Positions 43,606 to 52,518 of a DNA stretch of 64,000 nucleotides are shown piece after piece (the stretch's first letter is position 1; every line of letters starts with the position of its first letter). A model generated the notes under the pieces. The model ran no database searches and was not told the origin of the DNA. It saw only the letters and a list, made by a program, of their open reading frames with translations. The stretch comes from Nitrospina sp. (GTDB taxonomy: Bacteria > Nitrospinota > Nitrospinia > Nitrospinales > Nitrospinaceae), in contig JAGQJZ010000002.1 of the NCBI GenBank assembly GCA_020430445.1, positions 5,425 through 69,424 of the forward strand, in the 5' to 3' direction. The position numbers were made by a program, and so were the translations under genes.

Positions 43606-43935
43606 CTTCGACTGTTTGAGTTTAGGTCAGGGCTTCAGGAGCCTCAGGATTATTAGCCTAAACGAGCCTCTAAACCGCCCGAAATCAGCTAATTATTTGA
43701 AAATGAGATTCAAAATTAGTATAATTCTTTTTGTTTGTCAATATCAAAATTCACACAAATCATTATAAAAATTTGAGATTAAATCTGACCGAATCAAGCA
43801 CCCAAAATAATTTTGAGACTCAACTTGAATCGGCAGGCAAGCACTTGATAATATGCTTCTTTTGATTTTCCTGGCCGCTCTTTCCTGTCCGGTCCTGCCG
43901 GAAACACGCTGCGCACTTCCACAAACACGCCGAAA

Positions 43936-44166
43936 TTATTTGACCTGGATCCCGCCCCGCATGCCCCTGTTTGCATAACCCTGGATCGGGCATTGCAGGT
44001 CCTTGATGTCACCTGCCTTGACCGGAACGAACCCGCATTGCGCGCTGCTTTCCAGATACACTCCGATTTTGCGGATGGCTTCTCTGATCGCCACAACCGC
44101 CGAGCCGTGCTTCCGGTTGACCCGTATTTCCCGGGCGAGACAAAGAGGAATGTCCAACGAAAACAT
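43936..44166 (-). CDS. small hypothetical protein (76 aa)
   Basis: ORF from MFSLDIPLCLAREIRVNRKHGSAVVAIREAIRKIG. Third-position GC bias resembles the neighbouring genes. No clear RBS and no family recognised. Confidence 0.3.
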   Translation of the reverse strand: MFSLDIPLCLAREIRVNRKHGSAVVAIREAIRKIGVYLESSAQCGFVPVKAGDIKDLQCPIQGYANRGMRGGIQVK

Positions 44167-44194
44167 TGGCCCAGGCTGTTGCAACAGGGGACCG

Positions 44195-44779
44195 CTAGCC
44201 GGGTCCCAGATCGTATTTGATTCCCAGCAAATGGCTCGGGTATTGTTTGCGCCGCGGAATTTCCACAGGCGGGTTTCCCCGGTTTATTTCTTTTGAAGCG
44301 CCTGCAGGACCGGTCCCGGTTTTTTCCCCGTTGGGCTTTTGAGCGTCCGCCCTAGGCTCAGGGCTCGTGGGTGATACGCTTGGAGCCATCCGTGCCGGGA
44401 CAGCGTCTCGCGCTCCGCCTCCCCGTTTCCCGGGCTCAAGCGCGGGGCGATGCCCTCTGTTTCCATGGGATGCCGAGGCCACTGCGGCAGCCGGCGGCCG
44501 GACCGGATTCACGGAGCGAACAAACATTTCCAGCCGATCGCCCCTGTGACGCACATCCCGGATAAAAATACGCATCCCGCCGTCCAAAGGGACAGAAACC
44601 GGTCCGGGTGGGGTGTAGCGGACTTCCGCGTGGCCTTTCGGTTCCACAACGGACAATTCATTTTTCACATCCCCTTTGGGCACCGTCTCGCAACCGGCCA
44701 ACACCAGCAGGAGAAAAGAGCAGGAGGTGACCCAACCGGTTCTCCGCTTCCAATAACGTTTTTGTTTGCATGGAATCAT
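44195..44779 (-). CDS. lipoprotein with Pro/Ala/Gly-rich tail (possible secretin pilotin)
   Basis: Lipobox LLVLAGC. ATGA overlap with the secretin stop. The pilotin role is inferred from position only. Confidence 0.7.
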   Translation of the reverse strand: MIPCKQKRYWKRRTGWVTSCSFLLLVLAGCETVPKGDVKNELSVVEPKGHAEVRYTPPGPVSVPLDGGMRIFIRDVRHRGDRLEMFVRSVNPVRPPAAAVASASHGNRGHRPALEPGKRGGGARDAVPARMAPSVSPTSPEPRADAQKPNGEKTGTGPAGASKEINRGNPPVEIPRRKQYPSHLLGIKYDLGPG

Positions 44780-47139
44780 GATCCGTTCTCCTGTCGGGCG
44801 ATTTCAAAAGAGTCGGAAATAATCAGGTAAGACAAGGCGGAATCTCCGGACTGCCCTCTGGGCGCCAGAACCTTGCTCCCCAAGGTGACCGCGCTCCACT
44901 CCCCCGTGAACTGGCTTTGATCCAGAACCCATTGCTCGTTCCCCTGATTTTGCAGGCGAACCGCCAGGACACGGTAACCGAACCCCTTCCAGACCTTGAC
45001 GATTTCAGTTGAAACGGACTCCGCTTCAAACATGCCCGGCGTCACTCCAAGGGCAAAATTCTCCACCGGCTGGATACCCTCCGGTGGTTTGAGGCCCGGG
45101 TTTTCCATCGCCTGCACAGCAAACCGCGTCAGGCTGATAAAGTCCTGTGTCGTGTCCCGCTTGGCGACGGGTTCCTCCTCGTCCAGATCTCTCAGGAATT
45201 GCATGGCGGGCCAGCGGGGCCGCTCCTGATCCGGGCGGTCCGGAATGGTCTGCCGCGACTTGAGGTATTGGTCCAGCGCATTGGGTTTCTGTACCAGGTC
45301 GTCCACCCGGTCTTCGGTATTTCCCTGCGCCTCTTCCGGAGTTTTGAACACATGCGGCGTGATCAGGAGCACGAGTTCCGAGCGGCGGAAGTCACGAATG
45401 TCGCGGCGGAACAGTTGCCCCAGAACCGGAATGGACGACAGAACCGGAACGCGCTCTTCGGAATCCGACGAGGTGGTTCGGATCATTCCACCCACGGCAA
45501 CAGTCAGTCCGTCACTGGCGATCACCGTGGCCTGGATGTTGGCGGTGTCCACCGTATCGACCGCGACCTCGCTGAGAACTCCGGAGGAGCCGGACACCGG
45601 CACGCGGCCGCTGTTGGGAGAAACAGAGGACGAGTCCTGTTGAATGCGCAGGGTTACGGTGCGGTCTGAATTGACACTGGGAATAATCAACAGCGTGTTG
45701 CCGATATCCCGGGTTTCCGTTTCCGGCGTGACGGTCACCACGCCACCGCCGCCCTGGGTCGCCAGAACATCGCTGTTGACTCCTGTCACCAACACCCGTT
45801 CCTCGCCGATAAACAAGCGCGCCGGGGTGTTGTTGGAGGCGAGGAGCATGGGCGTAGCCAGGATGTTGACCTTGTCTTCGGTTTCCAGCAGTTGCAAACG
45901 CGACAGGATCTGGTTGCTCATCACCTGGAAGACCCCGGTATTCCCCGGAGCCAGCAGGAAATTGCCAAGCCCCAGGCTGACGTCCGGGCCATTTCCCGGA
46001 GTTGCCGGCGACAGGGGATTTCGCGGCTGGATCGTCGGCGGACCCACCGACGTCGTCTCGCTCGAGTAACTGAGATCCAGAACGGAGCGGAAGCTGTCGC
46101 CGATGGTGACATCGAGAATTTTCATTTCCAGCAAAACTTGAGGAACCGGCTTGTCCAGATCCTGGATCAACTGGCGGATGTGCTCCATCGCTTCTTTGTC
46201 GGTGGTGCGCACCAGCAATTGGTTGTGCAGGTGGTTGGTGCTCAGATAAATGATCGCCTTGTCGCGTTGAACAAGTCCCGAGACATCTTCTTCGGAAATC
46301 CGCCCGCCACCTCCCCGCAACCGGTCAAGTGCCGCCAGGCGTTCCGGCGACAAATTGGCGCTTTCGTCCAGATCGAGATTGCCTTCGGAAAAACCACTGC
46401 CGCCAAATCCACCCCCAACGCCCCCGGAGCGGAAACTGCCCCGCCCGCGAGAAGACCCGCTGCCCGTTGCCCGGCGGTTGATGCCCCTTCCACCAGAAAG
46501 ACGGCCTCCCCCGAAACCGCCGCCGCCAAACTGACTCCCGCCAAACCCGCCGCCGCCAAGCTGTCCGCCGCCAAACCCACCACCAGCCCCACCACCCAAG
46601 CCTCCGCCGGCTCCACCGAACCCTCCTCTCAGTTGAAAGGGATCGATGTCGATGGTCTGTGAATACTGGATCCGGTTCAGGTAGATATCCTGAATAATGC
46701 GGGCCGCGGCGGTCACGTTCTGGAACCTCAGGGTAAACACCTCGATGATGTCCTCGCGGAAAACGATGATGTCTTTGCGGTATTCATCCGTCGTCATGAC
46801 AATATAGGTGTCGGTCTTTTCGTTGAACCGGTACCAGAGCCCCGTTGTACGGCAGATGCTGTCGATGGCTTTCTTGACCGTGGTGTCCTTGAGATACACC
46901 GACACAATTTTTTTCCCCGCCTCGGAAGTGACGACAATATTGACGTCGGTCGTTTCGGAGATAATCCGGAAAGCGTCCTGAACCGTGGCCTCCTTGAATT
47001 CAAGATCCGAGATCGACAGGTCGTCATTTACGATTTCAGCCAGACTGGTGGAGACCGGTGATACCACCAGGATCAGCGAAAGGAGCAGTGACAAAAGCCG
47101 GGAACAGAATTTGCGCTGGCGTGACAATTTGTGTCTCAT
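44776..47139 (-). CDS. secretin (GspD/PilQ superfamily) with Gly-rich insert and C-terminal extension
   Basis: 787 aa. Signal peptide, N-domains, secretin core ending ...ELVLLITPHV, then 190 more residues. Confidence 0.9.
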   Translation of the reverse strand: MRHKLSRQRKFCSRLLSLLLSLILVVSPVSTSLAEIVNDDLSISDLEFKEATVQDAFRIISETTDVNIVVTSEAGKKIVSVYLKDTTVKKAIDSICRTTGLWYRFNEKTDTYIVMTTDEYRKDIIVFREDIIEVFTLRFQNVTAAARIIQDIYLNRIQYSQTIDIDPFQLRGGFGGAGGGLGGGAGGGFGGGQLGGGGFGGSQFGGGGFGGGRLSGGRGINRRATGSGSSRGRGSFRSGGVGGGFGGSGFSEGNLDLDESANLSPERLAALDRLRGGGGRISEEDVSGLVQRDKAIIYLSTNHLHNQLLVRTTDKEAMEHIRQLIQDLDKPVPQVLLEMKILDVTIGDSFRSVLDLSYSSETTSVGPPTIQPRNPLSPATPGNGPDVSLGLGNFLLAPGNTGVFQVMSNQILSRLQLLETEDKVNILATPMLLASNNTPARLFIGEERVLVTGVNSDVLATQGGGGVVTVTPETETRDIGNTLLIIPSVNSDRTVTLRIQQDSSSVSPNSGRVPVSGSSGVLSEVAVDTVDTANIQATVIASDGLTVAVGGMIRTTSSDSEERVPVLSSIPVLGQLFRRDIRDFRRSELVLLITPHVFKTPEEAQGNTEDRVDDLVQKPNALDQYLKSRQTIPDRPDQERPRWPAMQFLRDLDEEEPVAKRDTTQDFISLTRFAVQAMENPGLKPPEGIQPVENFALGVTPGMFEAESVSTEIVKVWKGFGYRVLAVRLQNQGNEQWVLDQSQFTGEWSAVTLGSKVLAPRGQSGDSALSYLIISDSFEIARQENGS
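46385..46630 (-). repeat. in-frame Gly-rich low-complexity repeat inside the secretin gene
   Basis: Encodes GGFGGAGGGLGGGAGGGFGGGQLGGGGFGGSQFGGGGFGGGRLSGGRG...GGVGGGFGGSGF. The DNA shows reiterated ccgccgccaaa(c/g)ctg...ccgccaaaccc units. Confidence 0.8.
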
Positions 47140-47146
47140 TATGAAT

Positions 47147-47842
47147 TCACCTCACGATCATCACCTGCCCCAGGGACCCCACTTCCACCACCAGGTTCAG
47201 GCGATTGATTTTTTTTATTCGGACCACTGCATCCTGCCCCAGTTCATTCAACCCAACGGTATCTTCTTCCCTCACAACATGGGTTCCGCCACCCTTGATC
47301 TCCAGCAACGCCGCGATTTTCTCTCCCTCACGGCGGATGATGCCCCTCAGTTTCATGGAGGGGAAATCCGGTCCCGCCCGGCCCGGCTTGAAAGCAAGCG
47401 ACTCCCGGCCCTGCCCGGCGGCCCGCATATCCAATAGCCGCGTGGTGACCGCAAAAGGATCGCGCTGCCCGTTGTAATACCCCACCTGCCGCGGGTCCAC
47501 GCCCGTTGGCGCGTTGGAAGGGGCCTGCAGGACGCGCCCTCCATTCACGTTGTTTTGAACGTTATTGATTTGAGGAGACGCCGGAGCGGGATTGGCCGGG
47601 TTTTCCTTTTGCGAAGGCACCGGCGCAGGTCCCTTTTCAGAAATGGGGAGACGCTCATTCACCGAATCAAAATATTCCCCAATGGTTTCCATATTTTTCA
47701 TGATGGACTCCTTCGGGGTCATGCGGTCTTTCAGCGTCTTTTTATCGGCGGCGCCTCCCTTTTGAGCCTGCGCGTTGCCTGCCAGAGCCCACAACAACAC
47801 CAGGCATACGGCAACCCATGCCTTTCGGTCCATTGAAATCAT
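47147..47842 (-). CDS. PilP/GspC-HR-like periplasmic assembly protein
   Basis: Signal peptide, Pro/Asn-rich linker, and the C-terminal pattern KLRGIIRREGEKIAALLEIKGGGTHVVREEDTV...VVRIKKINRLNLVVEV. ATG at 47840-47842 with an AGGGGGG RBS. Confidence 0.65.
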   Translation of the reverse strand: MISMDRKAWVAVCLVLLWALAGNAQAQKGGAADKKTLKDRMTPKESIMKNMETIGEYFDSVNERLPISEKGPAPVPSQKENPANPAPASPQINNVQNNVNGGRVLQAPSNAPTGVDPRQVGYYNGQRDPFAVTTRLLDMRAAGQGRESLAFKPGRAGPDFPSMKLRGIIRREGEKIAALLEIKGGGTHVVREEDTVGLNELGQDAVVRIKKINRLNLVVEVGSLGQVMIVR

Positions 47843-47875
47843 TTTCGAGTCCCCCCTCACCAAAAAATGTTTTGC

Positions 47876-49114
47876 CTATCCGGCGCCCGAGACCGCAAGC
47901 AGGGCCGAGAAAAAAGCGTAGTACACCAGCCCGACCGGAACCGCGATGAGCAGCACCGCGATCGGCACCATCCATTCCGTCAATGTGGAAATACGGGCGG
48001 TCAACTCCTTGCGGTAAAACTCACCGGACTCCTCCATCACCTGCTCGAGCTGGCCACTGCGTTCTCCCACTGCCGCCATGTGTTGCATCAGCAAAGGCAA
48101 AACCGATTCGTTGAACGCATTTGCGAGACTGCGCCCGCTTAAAATCTGGTTGGCGGACGATTCAAAAACATCCACCAATGCCTGGTTGTTCATGACGCTT
48201 GCAGTCATTCTGAGAGAGTCCAGCAGGGTCACGCCGCTGCGCAACAACATCGCCATCGTCCAGCCCGCCTGGGCCATTCCAGCTATGAGCGCCGTTTTTC
48301 CGATCACCGGGATGCGGAGGATGACGTTGTCGATGGCGCGTTTACCGCTTGCCGTGGTGTAAGCCACCAGCAGCCCAAAAACCACAGCCGCAAAAGTTCC
48401 AAACAGGGTCGGCCCATTGACGATAAACCAGTCCGAGACATCCAGAAGAAACTGCGTCGTCGGTGGAAGCGCCTCGCCCCGGCCCGCAAGAAAGTCTGCG
48501 AACTTGGGGATAACCGTTGTGACCAGGAAATAGAGAACCCCGCCCCCGATGAGAATCAGAAAAGCCGGATAAATCATCGAGACCATGAACTGGCGTTGCA
48601 CCTCGCGGCGCCGCGCCAGGTCGAGAGACAACCGTTCCAATATGGGCGACAGGTCGCCACCATGTTCACCGCTGGCCACCAGCTGGGCCTCCAGTTTTGA
48701 AAAGGTCTGCTTTTCATCCGCCACGGCGGTGGAAAAATTAGAACCCCTGCGGATCGCGTCCGCCATCCTGTTCAGGGCTCTCTCCAGCCGCAACCGGTCC
48801 GTCAGTTGAGTGCAGGCATCCAGGGCCTGCACCACGGTGTAGCCCGAGCGCAACATCAGGGCCATCTGCCGGAAAAAAAGGCTGCGATCATAAGGGCTCG
48901 GCGGCAGGTAGCGGGTCAGCATCAAATACCGCAGAAACTCCCGCGGGGATTTCGTCCCGCTTCCCCGGGCCTTTGCCGCGCCTTCCCGTATATCCACCAC
49001 AAAAAGCGATTTGGCCCGCAGTTGTTTCGCCGCTTCACGCGCATCGGTGGCGCTGATCGTCCCGTGCGTTTCCTTGCCGCCCTTGTCCAGGGCTGTGTAG
49101 GCAAACTGCGTCAT
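47876..49114 (-). CDS. GspF/PilC-family inner-membrane platform protein
   Basis: 412 aa. MTQFAYTALDKGGKETHG start and a duplicated T2SSF-type architecture. Confidence 0.92.
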   Translation of the reverse strand: MTQFAYTALDKGGKETHGTISATDAREAAKQLRAKSLFVVDIREGAAKARGSGTKSPREFLRYLMLTRYLPPSPYDRSLFFRQMALMLRSGYTVVQALDACTQLTDRLRLERALNRMADAIRRGSNFSTAVADEKQTFSKLEAQLVASGEHGGDLSPILERLSLDLARRREVQRQFMVSMIYPAFLILIGGGVLYFLVTTVIPKFADFLAGRGEALPPTTQFLLDVSDWFIVNGPTLFGTFAAVVFGLLVAYTTASGKRAIDNVILRIPVIGKTALIAGMAQAGWTMAMLLRSGVTLLDSLRMTASVMNNQALVDVFESSANQILSGRSLANAFNESVLPLLMQHMAAVGERSGQLEQVMEESGEFYRKELTARISTLTEWMVPIAVLLIAVPVGLVYYAFFSALLAVSGAG

Positions 49115-50745
49115 ACCGCATCCACGAGAAAACCGAGATGGGCCACCTCATTCAGACTGGTCAATCCCAGCAACACCTTTTCGCGGCTATCCTTGGCCAG
49201 AGTGTGATGCCCGCGCGCCGCTTCCCTTATCTGGGTTTCCGTCGCCCCGTCGGCGATCATCTGCCGCATTTTATTGTCCACCCAAAAAGTTTCGAACAAT
49301 CCCACCCGGCCGAGAAAACCGGTGCCGAGGCAATTCGGACAGCCCGCCGGTGTCCACAGTTGCAAACCGTCTTCCAGTTCGCCGCCAAGAATCCGCCGTT
49401 CCTCCTCCGTCGCCACATGAGATTGCCTGCATTGCGAACAGAGCCGCCGCACCAGGCGCTGAGCCAGAACGCCGATCAGGGTGGAACCGATCAGAAACCG
49501 TTCGGCGCCGATATCGACCAGGCGCGACACCGCGCTGATGGCATCGTTAGTGTGCAGGGTCGAAAGCACCACGTGACCGGTCATGGACGCCTTCAACGCC
49601 GTTTGCGCCGTTTCCAGATCGCGGATTTCCCCGACCAGAATGACGTCCGGATCGTGCCGCAAAAAAGAACGCAGGGCCTGCGCGAAATCGAGTTTTCCGG
49701 TGACCTGCACCTGGGACACCCCTTCGATGATCTGCTCCACCGGGTCTTCCACCGTGAGAATATTGATTTCACTGGAATCGAGTTCGCGCAGCGCCGCATA
49801 AAGCGTTGTCGACTTGCCGCTCCCCGTCGGCCCGGTCACCAGGATCATGCCGTGCGGCCGGTGGATGGCATCGCGGAGTTGATTCAATGTGAACTCCGGC
49901 ATCCCCAGTCCTTCCAGACTCAAGCGGCCGGTTTCCTGCCCGAGCAACCTCAGGGTCGCCCTCTCCCCCCAACGGGTGGGAACCGTGGCGACGCGGACAT
50001 CGATTTCACCCATGTCCCAGTCCCGCACGCGGTACGACATCCCTCCGTCCTGGGCGATGCGCTGCTCGGCGATATCCAGCACCGCGAGCACCTTCAATCG
50101 GGTCATCAACGCCTCGCCGTCGGCATGGGAGAGCGGTTTGGGATAATCCTGCAGATGCCCGTCGACCCGGAGCCGGACACGGAAATCCACCTTGTTGGGT
50201 TCGAAATGAATGTCCGAAGCCCGCCTCAAATACGCCTCCTTCATGATGGCGTCGAACAGGGCGATGGAATCTCCGCCGGTGGTCAGGTCCGGCGTTTCCA
50301 GCAAGGGATTGCTCCCCTTCATCTGCCGGAAGATGGCGGCTTCAATCGCTTCGGGATCGGCCAGGGCAGGCTGAAAGTGCTCCCCGCTGGCGCGCTGGAT
50401 GCTGTCGATCCCGATCTGGTCGTCCGGGTCCGCCATGGCCAGAACCCGGGTTCCGTTGGCGCCCTTGACCGGAAAGATCAACCGCCTTTGCATCAGATTG
50501 GCGGGCAGCTTGCCGATGATGTCCGCATCTCCCCGCAATTCGCGGTTGTGCAAGAAAGGGATCCCCCGCAGATCGGCAAGCGCCTGGTACAGCGCGGTGA
50601 CGGGGAATCGTCCCTCGCGCGCGACCGCTTCCAGTAAACTGATCCTTTCCCGGCGGGCCTGCAACTTGAGACGGCTGATGGTGGTGCTGTCCACCAGACC
50701 GGATTGCAGCCCTGCATTGATCAGCGTGTTTTCATTGACCGCCAT
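49111..50745 (-). CDS. GspE/PilB-family assembly ATPase
   Basis: 544 aa. Walker A GPTGSGKSTT, Asp box, His box, and the tetracysteine motif CSQC...CPNC. Confidence 0.92.
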   Translation of the reverse strand: MAVNENTLINAGLQSGLVDSTTISRLKLQARRERISLLEAVAREGRFPVTALYQALADLRGIPFLHNRELRGDADIIGKLPANLMQRRLIFPVKGANGTRVLAMADPDDQIGIDSIQRASGEHFQPALADPEAIEAAIFRQMKGSNPLLETPDLTTGGDSIALFDAIMKEAYLRRASDIHFEPNKVDFRVRLRVDGHLQDYPKPLSHADGEALMTRLKVLAVLDIAEQRIAQDGGMSYRVRDWDMGEIDVRVATVPTRWGERATLRLLGQETGRLSLEGLGMPEFTLNQLRDAIHRPHGMILVTGPTGSGKSTTLYAALRELDSSEINILTVEDPVEQIIEGVSQVQVTGKLDFAQALRSFLRHDPDVILVGEIRDLETAQTALKASMTGHVVLSTLHTNDAISAVSRLVDIGAERFLIGSTLIGVLAQRLVRRLCSQCRQSHVATEEERRILGGELEDGLQLWTPAGCPNCLGTGFLGRVGLFETFWVDNKMRQMIADGATETQIREAARGHHTLAKDSREKVLLGLTSLNEVAHLGFLVDAV

Positions 50746-50749
50746 TGAA

Positions 50750-51847
50750 TCAGGCCCCTCTCAAAACGGAAATCTGCAGCAACTTGTCAAAAGCGACCGG
50801 GTCGTTACAGAACTGGCGCGCGACCTCACGGCTGATCTGCCGCCGCGCCACCAGTTGAGCCAGGGACTGATCCCGCGTCTGCATGCCCTCACCCGCTCCA
50901 CTTTCCATCGACGAATAAATCTGCCGCGTTTTCGCCCCGTCGATCAGATTGGCTACGGCCAGGGTGACCATCAGGATTTCGACCGCCGGTACGCGGCCGC
51001 CGCCATTCGACGTCGGCAGCAGGTGCTGCGAAACCACCGCGCGCAGGCTCATCGCAATCCGGTGACGCGCCACCGACTGTTCGTCTCCCGGGAAACTGCC
51101 GACAAAGCGTTCCACCGTCCCCACCGCATCGGCGGTGTGCAGGGTCGAAAACACCAGGTGTCCCGTCTCCGCCGCCGTCATCGCGGCGCGCATGGTCTCG
51201 AGATCGCGCATCTCCCCGACCATGATCACGTCCGGGTCTTCCCGCAGGGCGGAGCGGATGGCCGAGGGAAAATCGGGAACGTCGGTGTACAGTTCACGGT
51301 GATGGATCAGACTCTTTTTGCCCACGTGGATGAACTCGACCGGATCCTCAATCGTCAGGATATGGCAATTCCGGTTGGTATTGATTTCGTGCAGGAGCGC
51401 CGCCAGCGTGGTGCTCTTGCCACTGCCCGTCGCCCCCGTGACCAGAACCAGACCGGATTTCAGATGCGCCAGTTTTCGCAACTGCGGAGGCAGGGACAAC
51501 TGCTCCACATCACACATGTCCTGATCGATATGGCGGATGGCCATCGCCACCTGCCCCAATTGGCGGTAGCAATTGACCCGGAAGCGGTCTCCTTCCGGCG
51601 AGCTGTATCCCAGATCGATCGACTGCTGACTTTCGAATTCAGCCTGCTGGCCCGGCGTCATCAGGGAATGCACGATCATCTCCAGGGTTTCTCCTGAAAC
51701 GGCTTCCGCTTCCAGGGTTTTGAGTTCACCGTGCAGACGGTAAACCGGAGGACGGCTGATACTGAGATGAAGATCGGAAGCCCCCTCCTTGACGCAAAAA
51801 AGAAGCAGTTTGTCGAAGGCGGCCTTGTCTGTGATTTCCGGGTTCAT
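50750..51847 (-). CDS. pilT: PilT-family retraction ATPase
   Basis: 365 aa. GASDLHL, GATGSGKSTT, and a PilT-like AVANLIDGAK segment. No N-terminal GspE-type domain. Confidence 0.9.
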   Translation of the reverse strand: MNPEITDKAAFDKLLLFCVKEGASDLHLSISRPPVYRLHGELKTLEAEAVSGETLEMIVHSLMTPGQQAEFESQQSIDLGYSSPEGDRFRVNCYRQLGQVAMAIRHIDQDMCDVEQLSLPPQLRKLAHLKSGLVLVTGATGSGKSTTLAALLHEINTNRNCHILTIEDPVEFIHVGKKSLIHHRELYTDVPDFPSAIRSALREDPDVIMVGEMRDLETMRAAMTAAETGHLVFSTLHTADAVGTVERFVGSFPGDEQSVARHRIAMSLRAVVSQHLLPTSNGGGRVPAVEILMVTLAVANLIDGAKTRQIYSSMESGAGEGMQTRDQSLAQLVARRQISREVARQFCNDPVAFDKLLQISVLRGA

Positions 51848-52518
51848 AGCGTTAACACCATATTGACTTTGATTTGACCGGAAGGGAGCGGCGGCAGCTC
51901 CTTGCCCGTGGGCGCGGCTCCCCCTCCCAGAACGGCAACATCCAGATTGACCACGGTGACGTGGTAGGTCAGGCGTTTCAACTCATCCAGAAAACGCACC
52001 AGGCTCCAGTAGGTCGTCTCCGCGTTCAACTCATACAAGGGACGCCCGTAAGCATTGCGCATTCCCAAACTCGGTCGGCCCGGCCTGTTCACGGCACCCG
52101 CGCCCGGGGTGTCCTTCGAGTCCACCACCGCGGCCTGCACCACCTGCAAGCCGGACCGCCGGGCCAGCGTCGAGATTTCAAGCCGCAACCGCTGTTGCAC
52201 CGTTGCCGAATCCGTGGGCGCGAACCCCTGCATGTTCTCGTTCAAACGGGCACGGACCACCTCCAGGTCTTTTTTAAGATCCCCAAGTTTTTTTTCAAGC
52301 CCCAGCACATTGGCGTCCGTCTCCTTGGTGATCTGGGTTCTTTTCTGGATGCGGTCCAGCCGCCGCTTGATCATGTTCTCGGAATGCAACAGGGCCTTGG
52401 ACGTCCGGGGATACACCGCAAAGGTGTACGCGGCGATGACCACCGCCAGTCCGATGATCATCAGACGGTTGCGATCTTTGGGGTTGAGCATGATCCAGCG
52501 TTTTTTCAGTCGATTCAT
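51844..52518 (-). CDS. PilO/GspM-like bitopic assembly protein
   Basis: 224 aa from MNRLKKRWIML. One TM, a coiled coil and a periplasmic domain. ATGA overlaps on both sides. The family call rests on position and topology. Confidence 0.6.
   Translation of the reverse strand: MNRLKKRWIMLNPKDRNRLMIIGLAVVIAAYTFAVYPRTSKALLHSENMIKRRLDRIQKRTQITKETDANVLGLEKKLGDLKKDLEVVRARLNENMQGFAPTDSATVQQRLRLEISTLARRSGLQVVQAAVVDSKDTPGAGAVNRPGRPSLGMRNAYGRPLYELNAETTYWSLVRFLDELKRLTYHVTVVNLDVAVLGGGAAPTGKELPPLPSGQIKVNMVLTL

Noticed and set aside
46385-46630. The Gly-rich tract as an assembly artefact or a gene boundary.
   Set aside because: - The reading frame is continuous from the N-domains through the tract into the secretin core.
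- There is no stop codon or frameshift, so it is treated as a genuine in-frame insert. Its length should still be confirmed by long reads.
49111-50745. An MshEN-type c-di-GMP-binding N-terminus on the GspE/PilB ATPase, which would link it to the HD-GYP island.
   Set aside because: - The N-terminal helix (TLINAGLQSGLVDSTTISRLKLQ) only loosely follows the RLGxx(L/V/I)2xxG(L/V/I)2x4Lx3LxxQ motif.
- It lacks the Arg and Gly at positions 1 and 3.
- The register of the distal Leu/Gln is off by one.
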